DNA of 64,000 nucleotides from Minutocellus sp. GHC0000111. Lineage: Eukaryota. How positions within the stretch are numbered: the stretch's first letter is position 1; each line of letters starts with the position of its first letter. The stretch covers positions 3,038,001 through 3,102,000 of the forward strand of contig OZ361256.1 in assembly GCA_977018835.1 (NCBI GenBank). The letters are read 5' to 3'. A model generated the notes under the pieces. The model saw only the letters and a program-made list of their open reading frames with translations, was not told where the DNA came from and made no database searches. Below, piece after piece: positions 45,102 to 56,427 of this stretch. The position numbers and the translations under genes were made by a program.

Positions 45102-45932
45102 TCAGGCCCTTTTCCATATCTCCACGTCAAAGTTGAACTCTTCACGTCGAAAAGAAACAAATTTTGTATGCTCACCATTTTGATTGATGGGTACCTCGAT
45201 CTGCTCTCCAAGGATGGCGCTGGAAAAGCCCTGCAGCATCCCCCCCTTCTTCTTTTTCTTCTTGCTGGACTTGCCCGACTTGGTCCGATCTCCCTCCTGC
45301 GGTGCCTTGGTCGAGTCGGCCAGGACGTTGGAGCTGTTGTGCTCGAACCACCCCCATCCGATACTTGTCCGGGATTGTGAGCTGTTGCCAGCCCGGGAGG
45401 ACGACAAAGCCGACGACGAGGATGACTGAGCCAATGATTCTCTCGACTCGCCGCTCGACGACGCCGGTCTCTTCTTCATGATGCTCTTGAGCGAATTCTT
45501 TTTCTTGTGCTTCTGCTGCTCCGCCTTGGCCTTGGCCTCGGCCGCCTTCTTATCGGCAGCCTTTGTCGCTGGATCCGATTCGATTGCCGTCGACAGATCT
45601 CCGCCGACGCTCGTCGTGGGATTGTTATTGGAAGTTCCCCCCACGCCGTCGTCTTGGGCGGTATTGCTCCCATCGATCCCATCGGAAAGGCTCGAGCTGG
45701 TCGACGAGATGCCGGAGGGCTTCTGTTCGATGCTGGACAGAGGGGGAAGTTCGTCCACAATCCGGACTCTACGAGATGCAGCAGCCAGATCGGCCGACTG
45801 GTGCTCGTTTTCGTCCGGGGGGATGACATGAGGCGGCCGGGCATTACCGGGGAAGGAGTTGGCCGACGACGATGGGGGTAGCATCGCCGCCGAGGCGGCA
45901 GCGGCGCCGCCGCTACTTCCCTCGTCGTTCAT
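45102..45932 (-). CDS. Low-complexity hypothetical protein, probably exon 1 of a longer or truncated gene
   Basis: 276-aa Ser/Lys-rich ORF with GWGWFE and a GTGAG donor-like site near 45175. Downstream exons were not resolved. Confidence 0.45.
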   Translation of the reverse strand: MNDEGSSGGAAAASAAMLPPSSSANSFPGNARPPHVIPPDENEHQSADLAAASRRVRIVDELPPLSSIEQKPSGISSTSSSLSDGIDGSNTAQDDGVGGTSNNNPTTSVGGDLSTAIESDPATKAADKKAAEAKAKAEQQKHKKKNSLKSIMKKRPASSSGESRESLAQSSSSSALSSSRAGNSSQSRTSIGWGWFEHNSSNVLADSTKAPQEGDRTKSGKSSKKKKKKGGMLQGFSSAILGEQIEVPINQNGEHTKFVSFRREEFNFDVEIWKRA

Positions 45933-46184
45933 CGTTCCTCGCCTCTCTGACTTTTCTACTAAAAAGTATCAGTGCAAAAAGCAAAAAGTATCCAATTCCT
46001 AAAATTTTCGCTCCAGCTGTTGGCTGGCGACGTGTCGACATCGACAAACCTCAAAACTACCTGCATTATATTTCCTCTCAAAAACCAAGAACCGCCGAAG
46101 CCGCCTACCAAAATCGGCACGCTCACACGCTTTGCAGGAAGTCTCAGGGTCAGAGGCAAGAGGCCGATCACCCACATTCAACCA

Positions 46185-47405
46185 ATGCGCCCACTATCTC
46201 CTCGGGGCGATCGTCACAGCACCTTCATCCCGTCCTCTCTCATTATGAAGCCAATGGCCATCGGCGGACCGCTCATGTCGCCACCCCGAGGCAGCAGTAC
46301 CACCACCAGCAGCGCGCTGTACCAACGGTATCGGCAGCGGACTCCCATAATAGCGGCGTCCGTGGTGGTGGTTCTGCTGCTCGTGGTCCACTCGGTGCCA
46401 AGACGAAAGGCGCTGGTACAGCATCACGAGGCTCAGAGTGATCTTTACGATGTGTTTGACCAAGACAACGTCATGATAAACGAGGAAGGAGAAGGCGAAG
46501 GCGATGCGTCTACACCACAGCACGATATGCCATGGAGAGAAGGTGAGATTCCATCGGACATGGCATCACCACCGTTGTCGGAACCATCCACTCCAATCGA
46601 TGCGGAGCAGAGTATTCAAGATGCCACTTCGGATATTGCAATAACCTCCGATGCAGTATCCCTCGGCGATGAGTACGACGACTTGCCGTTCTTGCACTGC
46701 GGTCCCGAGTATGGGTCGCTTCCAAATCCCGGTGATGGTGCGGGGAGAGAATTGTTGCTCCTTCACGGCGCGGCATTTCGGGCAAGCACATGGGAAGAGT
46801 CGGGGATTCTCGAGGGCCTTTGTTTGTTGGGGAAACAGGCAGCAGCTTCGGATGCATCCGAGGGAACAGTAGCCGGAGATCTGTCGGTGACGGCGCTGGA
46901 TTTGCCGGTGAGCGCCGATGCGTTATATTTGAACCAAGCGTTCAAGGCACTGTGGGAGCGAGGGATCATCTCTGGCGAAGCAACCTATATTGTGACGCCG
47001 AGCGCAAGTGGATCGGCCATGATGAGCGCAGCATCATTCGCCGTATCTAAGGATCAACATGGCGAATCATCTACAATGGTTGAGGGTCAGGCTGAGGATG
47101 TGTCGAAAATACTTTCCAGGATGGTCAGAGGGTGGATACCTGTGGCGGCTGGTGCAGTTTTGTCGGCATCCATAGAAACCATAGGTATCTTCATTGATTT
47201 GGAGATACCGATATTAGCCATCTATGGCGATCAGGACGCCAAAGGGAAGGATTCTTCCAATTGACTGGCTCAGGAGGCTGGCGCCTGGACACTCGAATTG
47301 GAGGGGCGTCATCCATGTTATTTGGACAGCCCAAATGAATTTATTCGAGCGGTTATTGATTTCATCGACAACGGGGGGAGAGTGGATGCAAAACGACATC
47401 GATAG
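46185..47405 (+). CDS. Type II membrane alpha/beta hydrolase, ABHD14-like, with an in-frame TGA at 47262-47264
   Basis: LLLLHGAAFRASTW, VTPSASG and ILAIYGDQD. The catalytic-His motif GRHPCYLDSP lies in frame after the TGA, and a TAG follows at 47403-47405. Confidence 0.78.
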
Positions 47406-47621
47406 CTACCATAGTCTCTAGCTACGTAGCTAGGAGATATCGCTCAGATATTATTGGTTTTCGGGATCCTATGTAAATTAGCTACCTGCTAGCTAGGTAC
47501 AAGAACCACTGTACATGAAGTTTATACATGTAGCGCTGAGAATGTTGCGATAATTCATGCGTCTGCACAGCTAGTCCTACCTCGTAGTCAATACACGAGT
47601 GTCTCCTGGTCAGAACACCCC

Positions 47622-48179
47622 TCAAACTCCCAGCAACTCTTCCAGACTGGAGGTAGTGTGCACCCTCGCCCATTCCATAAAAATAAATTGAACAGCAATT
47701 CGAATCCAAGCAAACACCAATGGCATCTTGAGCTTGCTCCTTGCCTCGGGACTGTACACATGGTACATATTGGCGGGGAAGACACCCCATAGTACACAGA
47801 TGAGCAACCAAGCAGAGGCATTTCGAATGCCTCCTTCGATGGGAATCACGAGGCCGACCCCTCCTGCCAATTCAAAGGCACCGGCACACTTGTGCAGAAA
47901 GCTAGGATTAGGAAAAAACGGTGGTATCATGCTGCAATAAAGCTCATCTTTCGATTCGTCAAAATGGGCCCAACCGGCTCCCGCGAAAAAGATCCGAAGA
48001 GCGACGCGCGACACAAGAAGCATCACGGGCTTGGACTCTTCGGGAAGGTGACCGTCGAGAAACACACTCAAAACACCAATGGCAACAAAAGCGAAGAACA
48101 TGATGAGAAAGGTAGCATCGGGAGCACTCTCCTCAGCTGCTGCTTCCGCCGCATCATCTGACTTCTTGTTGGTTGACAT
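47622..48179 (-). CDS. DoxX-like membrane protein
   Basis: FFAGAGWAHF...MIPPFFP...GAFELAGGVGL...VFPANMY pattern. Confidence 0.7.
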   Translation of the reverse strand: MSTNKKSDDAAEAAAEESAPDATFLIMFFAFVAIGVLSVFLDGHLPEESKPVMLLVSRVALRIFFAGAGWAHFDESKDELYCSMIPPFFPNPSFLHKCAGAFELAGGVGLVIPIEGGIRNASAWLLICVLWGVFPANMYHVYSPEARSKLKMPLVFAWIRIAVQFIFMEWARVHTTSSLEELLGV

Positions 48180-48651
48180 CTTCCGAACCAATCGAAAAGT
48201 AGGAATGCAAGTCAAGTTGGAGGAAGTGATCTATTATCGTGGCGCGTCCAACTGAAGATAGAAATTCCTTATGTGCTCCTCTTCAACGAGCATCACCGAA
48301 TACTACGTAGTACGCACTGACTGACGCGAGAGCGCTCACTACCATGCTAGCATGTACCGCCGCGCCGCCGACGCCCTCGCCTTCGCCACCTCGCGCCAGC
48401 AGAGCAGCTTGCAGCTTGCAGCTTGAGCTCTTGAGCTTGCTTTTTTGACAAGAACCCGAGTTTCCCATAAGAGTCCCAAGAGGCCACGATGACGAGACGT
48501 AGACGACTCACTCGACTCGAAGAGCGAGCGAGAGCGGAGCGAGCGCCCTTTCGCCACTGCCATTCCTACGCCCTTCGCCTTTGCCCTTGCTTTCCGGTCT
48601 CGAACAGCGATTGTCCTTTCGCTATTCCAATCTCCTTGACTTAAAAGAAGT

Positions 48652-49956
48652 ATGGGCGATCCCTTTCGACGGCTCATTCTCGACACCGTGTCGGTGATCA
48701 TAGAGAAAGATCCGAATGGCGACACACTTGTCGAGCTCCTCCGAGTGGCCACGCGGGACTTGGACGACGATGAGACACTTGCAGACTCAGCCAAGCGAGA
48801 GAAGCTGTTCAAGACGCTCAAGTTGAGGATCCACCCCGACAAACACACTGGGGATATGGAGAGAGCAACTGCTTTGTATCAAAATGTGCAGCCTTTTTAT
48901 GATCGATGCGTCGCGAATATACAGAAGAGGCCCAGCAAGCAGCAGCCCAAGGCGGTCGCTCCACCGAGCAAGCAGCCGACGAGGAGGAACTCCAATAGTG
49001 GTAATGGAAGCAGTAGATCCATGAACGGACCAACCTCTGGTCCGCAGCATCGGCGGGGGAACAGTAGCAACGCTAATAATGGTCCAACACTGAGGATTGA
49101 ATTTGAATTTGACACCAGAAAGAAATGGAAGTTTCTCGATAGGGCATTCGATCAGCCATCCTTTCCTGTTCGGGGTTGTTTAGCTGACGGCCTCTCAGCT
49201 TTGGTTGCCTACCAATGCATCAATTCTCGCGGTGCTATTGCGCACGGTCGAAAGACGGAGCGATTTTACAGCCAAGAGCAGGTGTTACAGAAACCAGCGA
49301 GCGTTCACGAAAAGTTTTCCATGCGTGGCGGAACAAAGACATTGCAGGGTACCGATGTTGCTGGTATCGAGGCCATAAAGGCGGAGATTGTCACCAGGGG
49401 ACCGGTGGTAAGCACGAGTTTCGTCCTTACCGAGGCATTTGCCAAACGGCCTGAGAATCGGGGCGCTTTTCTCTTGAGTCAAATGGCCAAATGCCATCCT
49501 GTCCTTCTCATTGGTTGGAGAGTGACAAACCTGGGCGACTTGTGGTTGGCCCAACCGCTAAAGCGAGGTCCCAGTGACAACAAGAAAACGGCAATATGCA
49601 TCCCATTTGGCCAGTTTGGCATCGACACAACAATTTTGGCACCGCTGAATTCCTTCGAGCACGTCCCTTGGCAGAATGGTCCATATTTTGACCACGACAT
49701 GTCTGCTGCTCCAGAATGGAGGTCGTGGCCATCGTTGAGGATGCATTTGAGCTCGTCCGAGTTGGAAAGATTTGCTGAATGTGTTACCGGTAGTGGTGGA
49801 ACAGATGGTGGCGGCTTGATTGGTCTGCACGAAAAGAAGAGTACTTTTGTCGTCCGGCACAAGGAAAAGTTTGCTCAATCAAGACGATGTCGGTTGAAGG
49901 AAATCAGGTGGGACAAAAAGTTAGGGAAGTGGCTTGTCTCATTCGCCTTTGTGTAG
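48652..49956 (+). CDS. J-domain-like (HPD) N-terminus fused to a divergent papain-like (C1) domain
   Basis: LKLRIHPDKH...ATALYQNV; IKAEIVTRGPVV, HPVLLIGW and GQFGID. Confidence 0.62.
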   Translation: MGDPFRRLILDTVSVIIEKDPNGDTLVELLRVATRDLDDDETLADSAKREKLFKTLKLRIHPDKHTGDMERATALYQNVQPFYDRCVANIQKRPSKQQPKAVAPPSKQPTRRNSNSGNGSSRSMNGPTSGPQHRRGNSSNANNGPTLRIEFEFDTRKKWKFLDRAFDQPSFPVRGCLADGLSALVAYQCINSRGAIAHGRKTERFYSQEQVLQKPASVHEKFSMRGGTKTLQGTDVAGIEAIKAEIVTRGPVVSTSFVLTEAFAKRPENRGAFLLSQMAKCHPVLLIGWRVTNLGDLWLAQPLKRGPSDNKKTAICIPFGQFGIDTTILAPLNSFEHVPWQNGPYFDHDMSAAPEWRSWPSLRMHLSSSELERFAECVTGSGGTDGGGLIGLHEKKSTFVVRHKEKFAQSRRCRLKEIRWDKKLGKWLVSFAFV

Positions 49957-50332
49957 ATCTAGCGACCGGTAAGTAGTAGCTCAAGCTAGAGACTCTAGCT
50001 AGATCTAGTTACTAGTAGGACTTCCTACATTTGACATGTACATGTAGGAATTCCTACCGGCACCCCGGGGCGGAGATTTTTGCCATGATAATTTAACACT
50101 CCTCAAATTCATAGTTGAGGATAAATTACCCATAAATGTTGATGGAGGGGTGCACAGAGAAACGACCAACTGCCAAATCGACGAAGATACCGAGCATGAC
50201 ATGTCATGTATTTCAGTAGGAATTCCTACGCAGTAACTACTTGGCACGAAGCAATCTTCATGAACATCAGCATTGCACCCCAATAGGTTTCAAGTATCCG
50301 TAATGCACACCAAGAAGGGAATCCTCACAAAG

Positions 50333-52732
50333 ATGTCTTATCCCGGGCGGCAGCGGCACAAAACGTCATCCTGGAAGCTTCCCTCCAGTTTGTCATGCCT
50401 ACAGCTGATCCACTGCATTTCATTGGGTCTGATTTGCACTTGGCCTGTAGCCGTCGATGCATTCACCATTGTTTGTGGTGGCGGTGGTGTTGGGACAGGC
50501 TTTGCCAGTAGGCCTTACAAGGATGACAATCAACATCCATTTCTCAAAACTCTTGGATCATCGTCCGTCAGGGCAACGAAAATTTATGCCAACGTCAACG
50601 ACGTCGATGAAACGGCCGAAACACATGCCATGGACCTGGATCCGTACGGGACACCACAAGAGCTTTGTGAGGCATTGAGCGAAGGTCAAGCGTCAGTGGT
50701 AGATCAGCTGCGAGGCGAATTGCACCGAATCGGCCTTCGAGACGATGATATTGTGGCCGGTGATGATGAGGAAATTGAACTCGCGAAACGTCTTTTCATC
50801 ACCAAGTATCTACCGATAGAGGACGTCCCCGAGAAGTATCTGTCAAGCAGTCTCTCCTCAACATCGTCGTCCTTGACTTCCGGTGGAACAAGGGACGATG
50901 GTGGTGTCGAGCCAGACGCAGGGGTAGTAATTGATGGCACTGCCGAAGAGGATGATTCTCCGGAAATCATCAATCCCGTTGATACTTCTGGCGATACCAT
51001 AACAGGTACCGCCAGTGAAAGCGGATCCGAGGGGGATATTGAGATAGAGATGCTCGAAAATGTCGCTGCCGAAATCGAGAGGCTGGAGGAGGCACTCATG
51101 GCCAAGATAGAGGAAGAGGAGGAAAATGGGGAAGCAGAAGTGGAAAAGGAAGGAGAGGACGATACTAGTAGTAGCAACATCCCTACATTCGCTGATCAAG
51201 CCGGTATGGAATCATCGTCGGCCACAGCCGACAACAATATCAGTGCGCAAGATGAAACTGACGTCGTGAAAGAAAGCGAGGGGGAGTTGGTGCTCGGAGA
51301 GGCACCTTGTCCGGCAGTGGACTCTGAAGCAGCTAAGCAGACTTTCGAGGCCGACTCGCTCGAGGCCGAAAAAAAGGCTTATATGGAAAGAATGCTAGAG
51401 GCCAAGAGGTTGGCAGAGCTCGCAGAGGACAACAATGCAGTCGCAGCCACTAGTGTCGACGAAGACGATAAAATCACGGCCGAGGAAGAGAGGCTTGAAG
51501 CTGAACTCCTATCCCTGGAAGTTCAACTAGAGGCTGAGAGACAAAGGCTAGACCAAGTACGCTTAGAAGTAGAGCATCTTTCGCTTGTTGACAAAGATGA
51601 GAAGGCGGACAATAATGCTGTTAAAGAAAAAGAGATGTCCCTCCCTGCTGTGACTTCGCCAACACAAGAACCCCAGAACAATGCGGCGACGGCGACAGAG
51701 CAAAGCGAAGATAGCAATGATGCAGAAAATGTCCGCGCGAGGATAGCAAGTAGCTACAATCGCTACTCTCGTCTAGACCAGCAGGGGGCAATCAATCAAC
51801 CAAACAGTGCCCGAAAGGAGGACGTGGAACATAGATTGGAGTCACAAAAACGAGCGGTTCAGCGTCTTGCTGAATTGAATTCTCCCGAATACCAACGCTT
51901 ATCACAACGCTACAATCGATATGCTCGTTTGGACGATGTTACAGCGAGGCTGAATGAGCTCGTTGCTGCCGAGGAGGATAAGAGTGCAGGGGGGAACCAG
52001 GCGAAGCAAAGCGAAGATGTCCCAAATTTCACTACGGCTACCAAAGCGGAAAGTGGCGACGTCATTACTCAGAAGCAGAACGAACAAGAAGAGCAGAAAA
52101 ATCAGCCTCCAAAAGCTGTAGTTTCAACAAGAACGGCCTCTCGTCGCGCTGGACCAGGACTAGTATCAACGACAGAAAGCTTTCGAGAGCAGCGTCAGCG
52201 GAAAAAAGAAGACATTGAAGATCTTTCTGAACTGGACGGAGGTTGGGAGAAGCTTGATATTAACTGGAGGGTGTCCGCGCGTCAATTTTTCGGCAATGAT
52301 AAGAGGAGACTCGACAGTCTTGGTGCGTCCGCTTTTGACCACAGATTTGTCCTCCAGCTTCATCTTCTCGACGAGTCCAAGGTCGAGTGCGAACTCCGTG
52401 TTGTTGACGTCAACACCGACATTGTCATTCGCAATGCCAATGTTTTCGTATACTGTGTAGACGAAAGCGGCAACCGTGTAGAAGCTCATGCGTTAGAAAT
52501 CGAAAATGATGGGAAAGAGAAGACACTCTTTGCTTCAGACAGCGACACCAATATCGGTTCTGTGAGTTTTGGACGATGTCCATTCATCACAACCCCCGGC
52601 GATGGCGGTGTTGGGGTTGAAGTTTCTCGACAAATGCTCCTTCAGCAGGCAGTGGAGAGTGGTCTTCGTATTCACGCATCGTTTGATGTCAATACGGTTG
52701 AACAGGTCACATCCAGGATCTTCTCTGTTTAG
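50333..52732 (+). CDS. Acidic coiled-coil protein with signal peptide (possibly plastid-targeted)
   Basis: 800-aa ORF, VDA-FT cleavage-like site, Glu-rich heptads, internal repeat YNRYS/ARLD. Confidence 0.65.
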   Translation: MSYPGRQRHKTSSWKLPSSLSCLQLIHCISLGLICTWPVAVDAFTIVCGGGGVGTGFASRPYKDDNQHPFLKTLGSSSVRATKIYANVNDVDETAETHAMDLDPYGTPQELCEALSEGQASVVDQLRGELHRIGLRDDDIVAGDDEEIELAKRLFITKYLPIEDVPEKYLSSSLSSTSSSLTSGGTRDDGGVEPDAGVVIDGTAEEDDSPEIINPVDTSGDTITGTASESGSEGDIEIEMLENVAAEIERLEEALMAKIEEEEENGEAEVEKEGEDDTSSSNIPTFADQAGMESSSATADNNISAQDETDVVKESEGELVLGEAPCPAVDSEAAKQTFEADSLEAEKKAYMERMLEAKRLAELAEDNNAVAATSVDEDDKITAEEERLEAELLSLEVQLEAERQRLDQVRLEVEHLSLVDKDEKADNNAVKEKEMSLPAVTSPTQEPQNNAATATEQSEDSNDAENVRARIASSYNRYSRLDQQGAINQPNSARKEDVEHRLESQKRAVQRLAELNSPEYQRLSQRYNRYARLDDVTARLNELVAAEEDKSAGGNQAKQSEDVPNFTTATKAESGDVITQKQNEQEEQKNQPPKAVVSTRTASRRAGPGLVSTTESFREQRQRKKEDIEDLSELDGGWEKLDINWRVSARQFFGNDKRRLDSLGASAFDHRFVLQLHLLDESKVECELRVVDVNTDIVIRNANVFVYCVDESGNRVEAHALEIENDGKEKTLFASDSDTNIGSVSFGRCPFITTPGDGGVGVEVSRQMLLQQAVESGLRIHASFDVNTVEQVTSRIFSV

Positions 52733-52915
52733 ACACACTCTTATGCGATACCCTCCCATTGTTTGATTGTAACTTGAGAAATCAATGCCATGGTACAGTA
52801 CGACCATGCTCCAATAAAATAAATTAGGGTACGAAAATAGATTTATTTACTTACAAACATTTCATTAGCTTGGGCTCTACCATTAGTCAAACTACTGAGC
52901 TGCAAAGAACCGACC

Positions 52916-53757
52916 CTAATCCTTGGCAGCAATGCTTGGCCACTCCTCGTATTGAGGCTCGTCAACGTCAACATTATTCGATCCCTCTTCCCCATCGCCA
53001 CTCACTTCCTTTGATTCCACTTTTTTTCCCTTCTTGACGAGCGTAACCACGAGTCGCTCCTTCTTGGTCTTGACCATCCCCTTCTCAATCGCGCCATGGA
53101 GCCTGCCGAAGGAGAGGCACCTTTCGTCTCCCGTCTTTGGATAATTTGTGATCAGAAGACACATGCTGGTTTCCGTCCATTCGAGATTGACCTTGGCCGG
53201 TTCAATGCCATCGTCGCCACTGGTAGATTCTGCCGTGCACGCATCCTGGATGCCAGGGAGATCTACATACAAACGAACCATTGGACCATCGTCCAGGAAG
53301 GCGTAGCTCGTGATGTTACTCTTGTGAATATCAAACGCCGCGCTTGTGCTGCTGGATACTGTCGAATCGACCCTCCCAAGCAGCTTGGGTTCTTCGCCAC
53401 CGAATATGATCGAGACAATGGATGAAAAATGGTCAATAAAGCAAAGACTGCGATACATATGCGAGTACAACGTGCTCGCCTCTGAGGTAGCTAGCTGTCA
53501 TTGCCGAAGCAAGAGAAGTGTACGACGGAACTACAACGCCCACCAGTCAAAAAAACAGACAAACATAGCATATAATTTCTTTGGCCCGTCAACATCCACT
53601 CACCTGGCTTGCCATCCCACGCCGGTCCATCAGCCTTGTGGCTGTGGGCATAGTAGTAGGCGTTCTTGCCCTTCGTTGCAATGTTGTCGCGGAGAGCACT
53701 GACCGAAGACTCATCGGCATCGGTGCTGTTGGAGGCCTCGGGAGCAGCGTCCGACAT
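52916..53757 (-). CDS. CS-domain (p23/SGT1/CacyBP-like) co-chaperone; intron about 53603-53392
   Basis: KGKNAYYYAH...WDGKP|EPKLL; ITSYAFLDDG..VRLYVDLPG...LVVTLVK...EWP. Confidence 0.75.
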
Positions 53758-54630
53758 CGTTCAGGGCAAGCAAAGGAAGGAACAAGAGGAGCAGCGCAAG
53801 AGAGAGTTCCAGTCTCTAGCTAGTCTAGAGCTAATGCTCGAAGTTACCGGTAGCTACCGATACGCCGCCTCTGTCGAATGAGAGCGGGCGCGGCGGGTTC
53901 ATGGTGGAAACGAAAATCGAAAAGGCGACTGAGGCGACAGGCGAGAGTCTTGGGCGACGAACAGACAGGGAAAATCAGGAGTGGCCATACCACACCAGCA
54001 GGCAAGCGTTGGTGTTGTCGTCCCAAGCATGGCTCAAATCTATCTACATGTGTAGAAATGGGGACGGACTGTAGATCTCTAGATCTATTATCTCGTGATA
54101 AATGCAAACCGTTGCGGCGCTGGTTCAGCCGATATCAACACGGAGTGATCTCAAAGTGAGACTTGGCTTCCTCCGCTGTTATACATAATGTGTGTGCGCA
54201 CACATGCACAGCGGCTGGTTTTGCTTGTCCTACTTTCTTCGCTCCTCATCTTCTGAATATGTCGATCCTATAAACGTCTACGTAGAAAATCGTTATACAT
54301 GTTGTGCATGTGTACAGGACTGTATAGCAGTGCACATGCATGCCACCCTATAGCTGTGCACATCATGTGCATGTGTAGCTAGCATGTCTTGGCGATCCAC
54401 ACATGCCGATGCACAGTCTCTAATTTTACATGTCTGGTGCTAATGCATGTCTTAAAATACAATCTGCTAACTTTAGACACACTCTTATGCGATACCCTCC
54501 TACATGTCTTAAAATGCTATGTATTATATGCTGATTTGTAATATGTGTCTTTATGTTAGCTACATGTACACGTGCTGCACGATTAAGCTTGCTGCTCGTG
54601 TACTGATAATTAGTCAAACCGAGCGACTTC

Positions 54631-55457
54631 TCACCAAGAAGGCGGTGCACTGCTGCGCCGACTGCCGGCAAAGGCAGAACGGAGAGATGTACTAGGACCG
54701 TTGCTTCCAACCGAGTGAAGGTTCTTAGGATATGATGATGATGATGTCCCGGGAAGAACAACAGAATCACGCCCGGGGGCAGCCATATCACTGCGGCTCT
54801 GAGCAAGATCCGAGGCACGACGAATGTGGTGGTTGTTGCTGCTGCTGGTGGCAACAGTGCGCTCCTGATCAGCGGGGAGGCTAGCGTAGGACTCGTCGGT
54901 AGCCACACGCATCAGAGCATCGTTGATGTTCTGCCCTCTCGCGGGACGACAGCGAACATGAAGGTTCACACATAGGCCTCGTCGGAGGCTGCGAGTGTCT
55001 GAGCTCGCTCCAGAGCCCTTCGAGAAGCAGCCCTCGAGGCCGCGGCGATCTGATTTCCGTCGTAGATTCCCATCTCGTCTTGACGATCTTGTTCGTCGAG
55101 GACGGCATCGATGACGTATAGCTTGGCATTCTTGGCGGTTTCCGCCTCGAGGGCGGACGCAAACCTCTCGAGGCCTCGGGCACAGTGATTCTGGTGGGCA
55201 GCCGCGGCGGCTCCTCCTCCCGTAGTGCGAAGGACACGAATGTCCTCGACGACGCCTCTCTGAGTGAGCGCCGTGTCTTCCTCGGTCACGTAGCTGGAGC
55301 GAATCTCTTCTTGGGTCATGTCATCAAGATGAAGGACATGGAACACTCGAGTTCGAGAGTTGAACCTGACAGAACGAGGATTGATAGGGGTGTTGTTGGT
55401 GGTGGGGGTGGTGGTACCGGTAGTGGTGTTGGCGGGGGTAGAAGTAGCAGAAGACAT
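54631..55457 (-). CDS. Diatom-type hypothetical family protein (VRF...CxRGLE...AVLDEQ.RQ), frameshifted near 54968
   Basis: SVRFN, HLDDMTQEEI, HCARGLE and VIDAVLDEQDRQ. The adjacent ORF 54969-54631 reads like its natural C-terminus in another frame. Confidence 0.7.
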
Positions 55458-56009
55458 TGTGGTGTCACAATTGGAAGTCAGTATCGTGTTTTGCAAATGA
55501 GCATGCTTTTCAGCGGATGTGTTTGGGAAAAAGTGAGTTGTTGGATGATGCGTGTGAAGTGGTGTTCAACCAAGTCAAGTCAAGAACTAATGGCTTGCAA
55601 GAAACACCAAAGACTTTCCTCATTTTTATTTTTCGCCTACACGCACTGACACCGAAACGCCGATTGACCGCTTAAAGTCGTGCAGTTTCACCGAGAAATC
55701 TTGATTTCTGAAATTTTGCGTTCTCCAAGGCGACTGGATGTGAGTGGCAACATTACTTTTTGTAGTCGTTTCGGATGCTGTGTAAGATGCCGTGTCGCTG
55801 CAGCTGCCAAGCCGAGAGACATTTCTCGTGCTCTTCGGATGGCGTCTGGAGCCGGAGTTTGTGAGGCGCGGGACTACTTTGTGAGGCGGGAGAAACATGA
55901 AAACAATTTTATTGGCGGAAAAGTGCGCCTTTATTTCTGGTGCAACCTGCACTGTGCTGAAGTCTTGAGTCCTCTCAACAGAGGAACCGACTCATGTTAT
56001 TAACCAAGG

Positions 56010-56427
56010 TGTCAAAAACTTGGATTGTTACTTCGTCTTCATTTATTCATCTATCTGATGTGATAAAATTTCAATTGTAGAAATTGTGAGCTCTCGCTCT
56101 TCTCCTGGTTGCTGTGTCGCTTGCTTTACTGCCTTCATTCGGGTTTCATTCGTCCTTCATTCGTGCACGAGCCAACTCCAACTAGTCTCCCGCTCCGCAC
56201 GAGTCAGCCACGACTGTCATTCTCTAGTATCTCCTGCGCGGCCAGTGCCGTTTCGGCATCGGATCACAAGGGCACGAATCACAAGGGATTCTTCTCGCTT
56301 CTCCTTGTGGCCCTTGTTCCGGGTGTCCTTTTTGATCAGTCATTGTCCTTCGGTCACTCGACAGCAACTTCCTTAGCATTCGGAACAGAGCCTCATTGCA
56401 TCAATCTTGAATCTCTATCTTAAGACA
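56010..56427. mobile_element. 418-bp solo-LTR-like insertion
   Basis: Ends TGTC...GACA, flanked by TAACCAAGG (56001-56009) and TAACCATGG (56428-56436). No ORF of note. Confidence 0.45.

Noticed and set aside
47262..47264. Selenocysteine codon
   Set aside because: The position is not a Cys-like catalytic site, and no SECIS element was recognised downstream.
48340..48600. Small element in the divergent promoter with GCAGCTT and GAGC micro-repeats
   Set aside because: No TIR or TSD was found; it is best explained as low-complexity promoter DNA.
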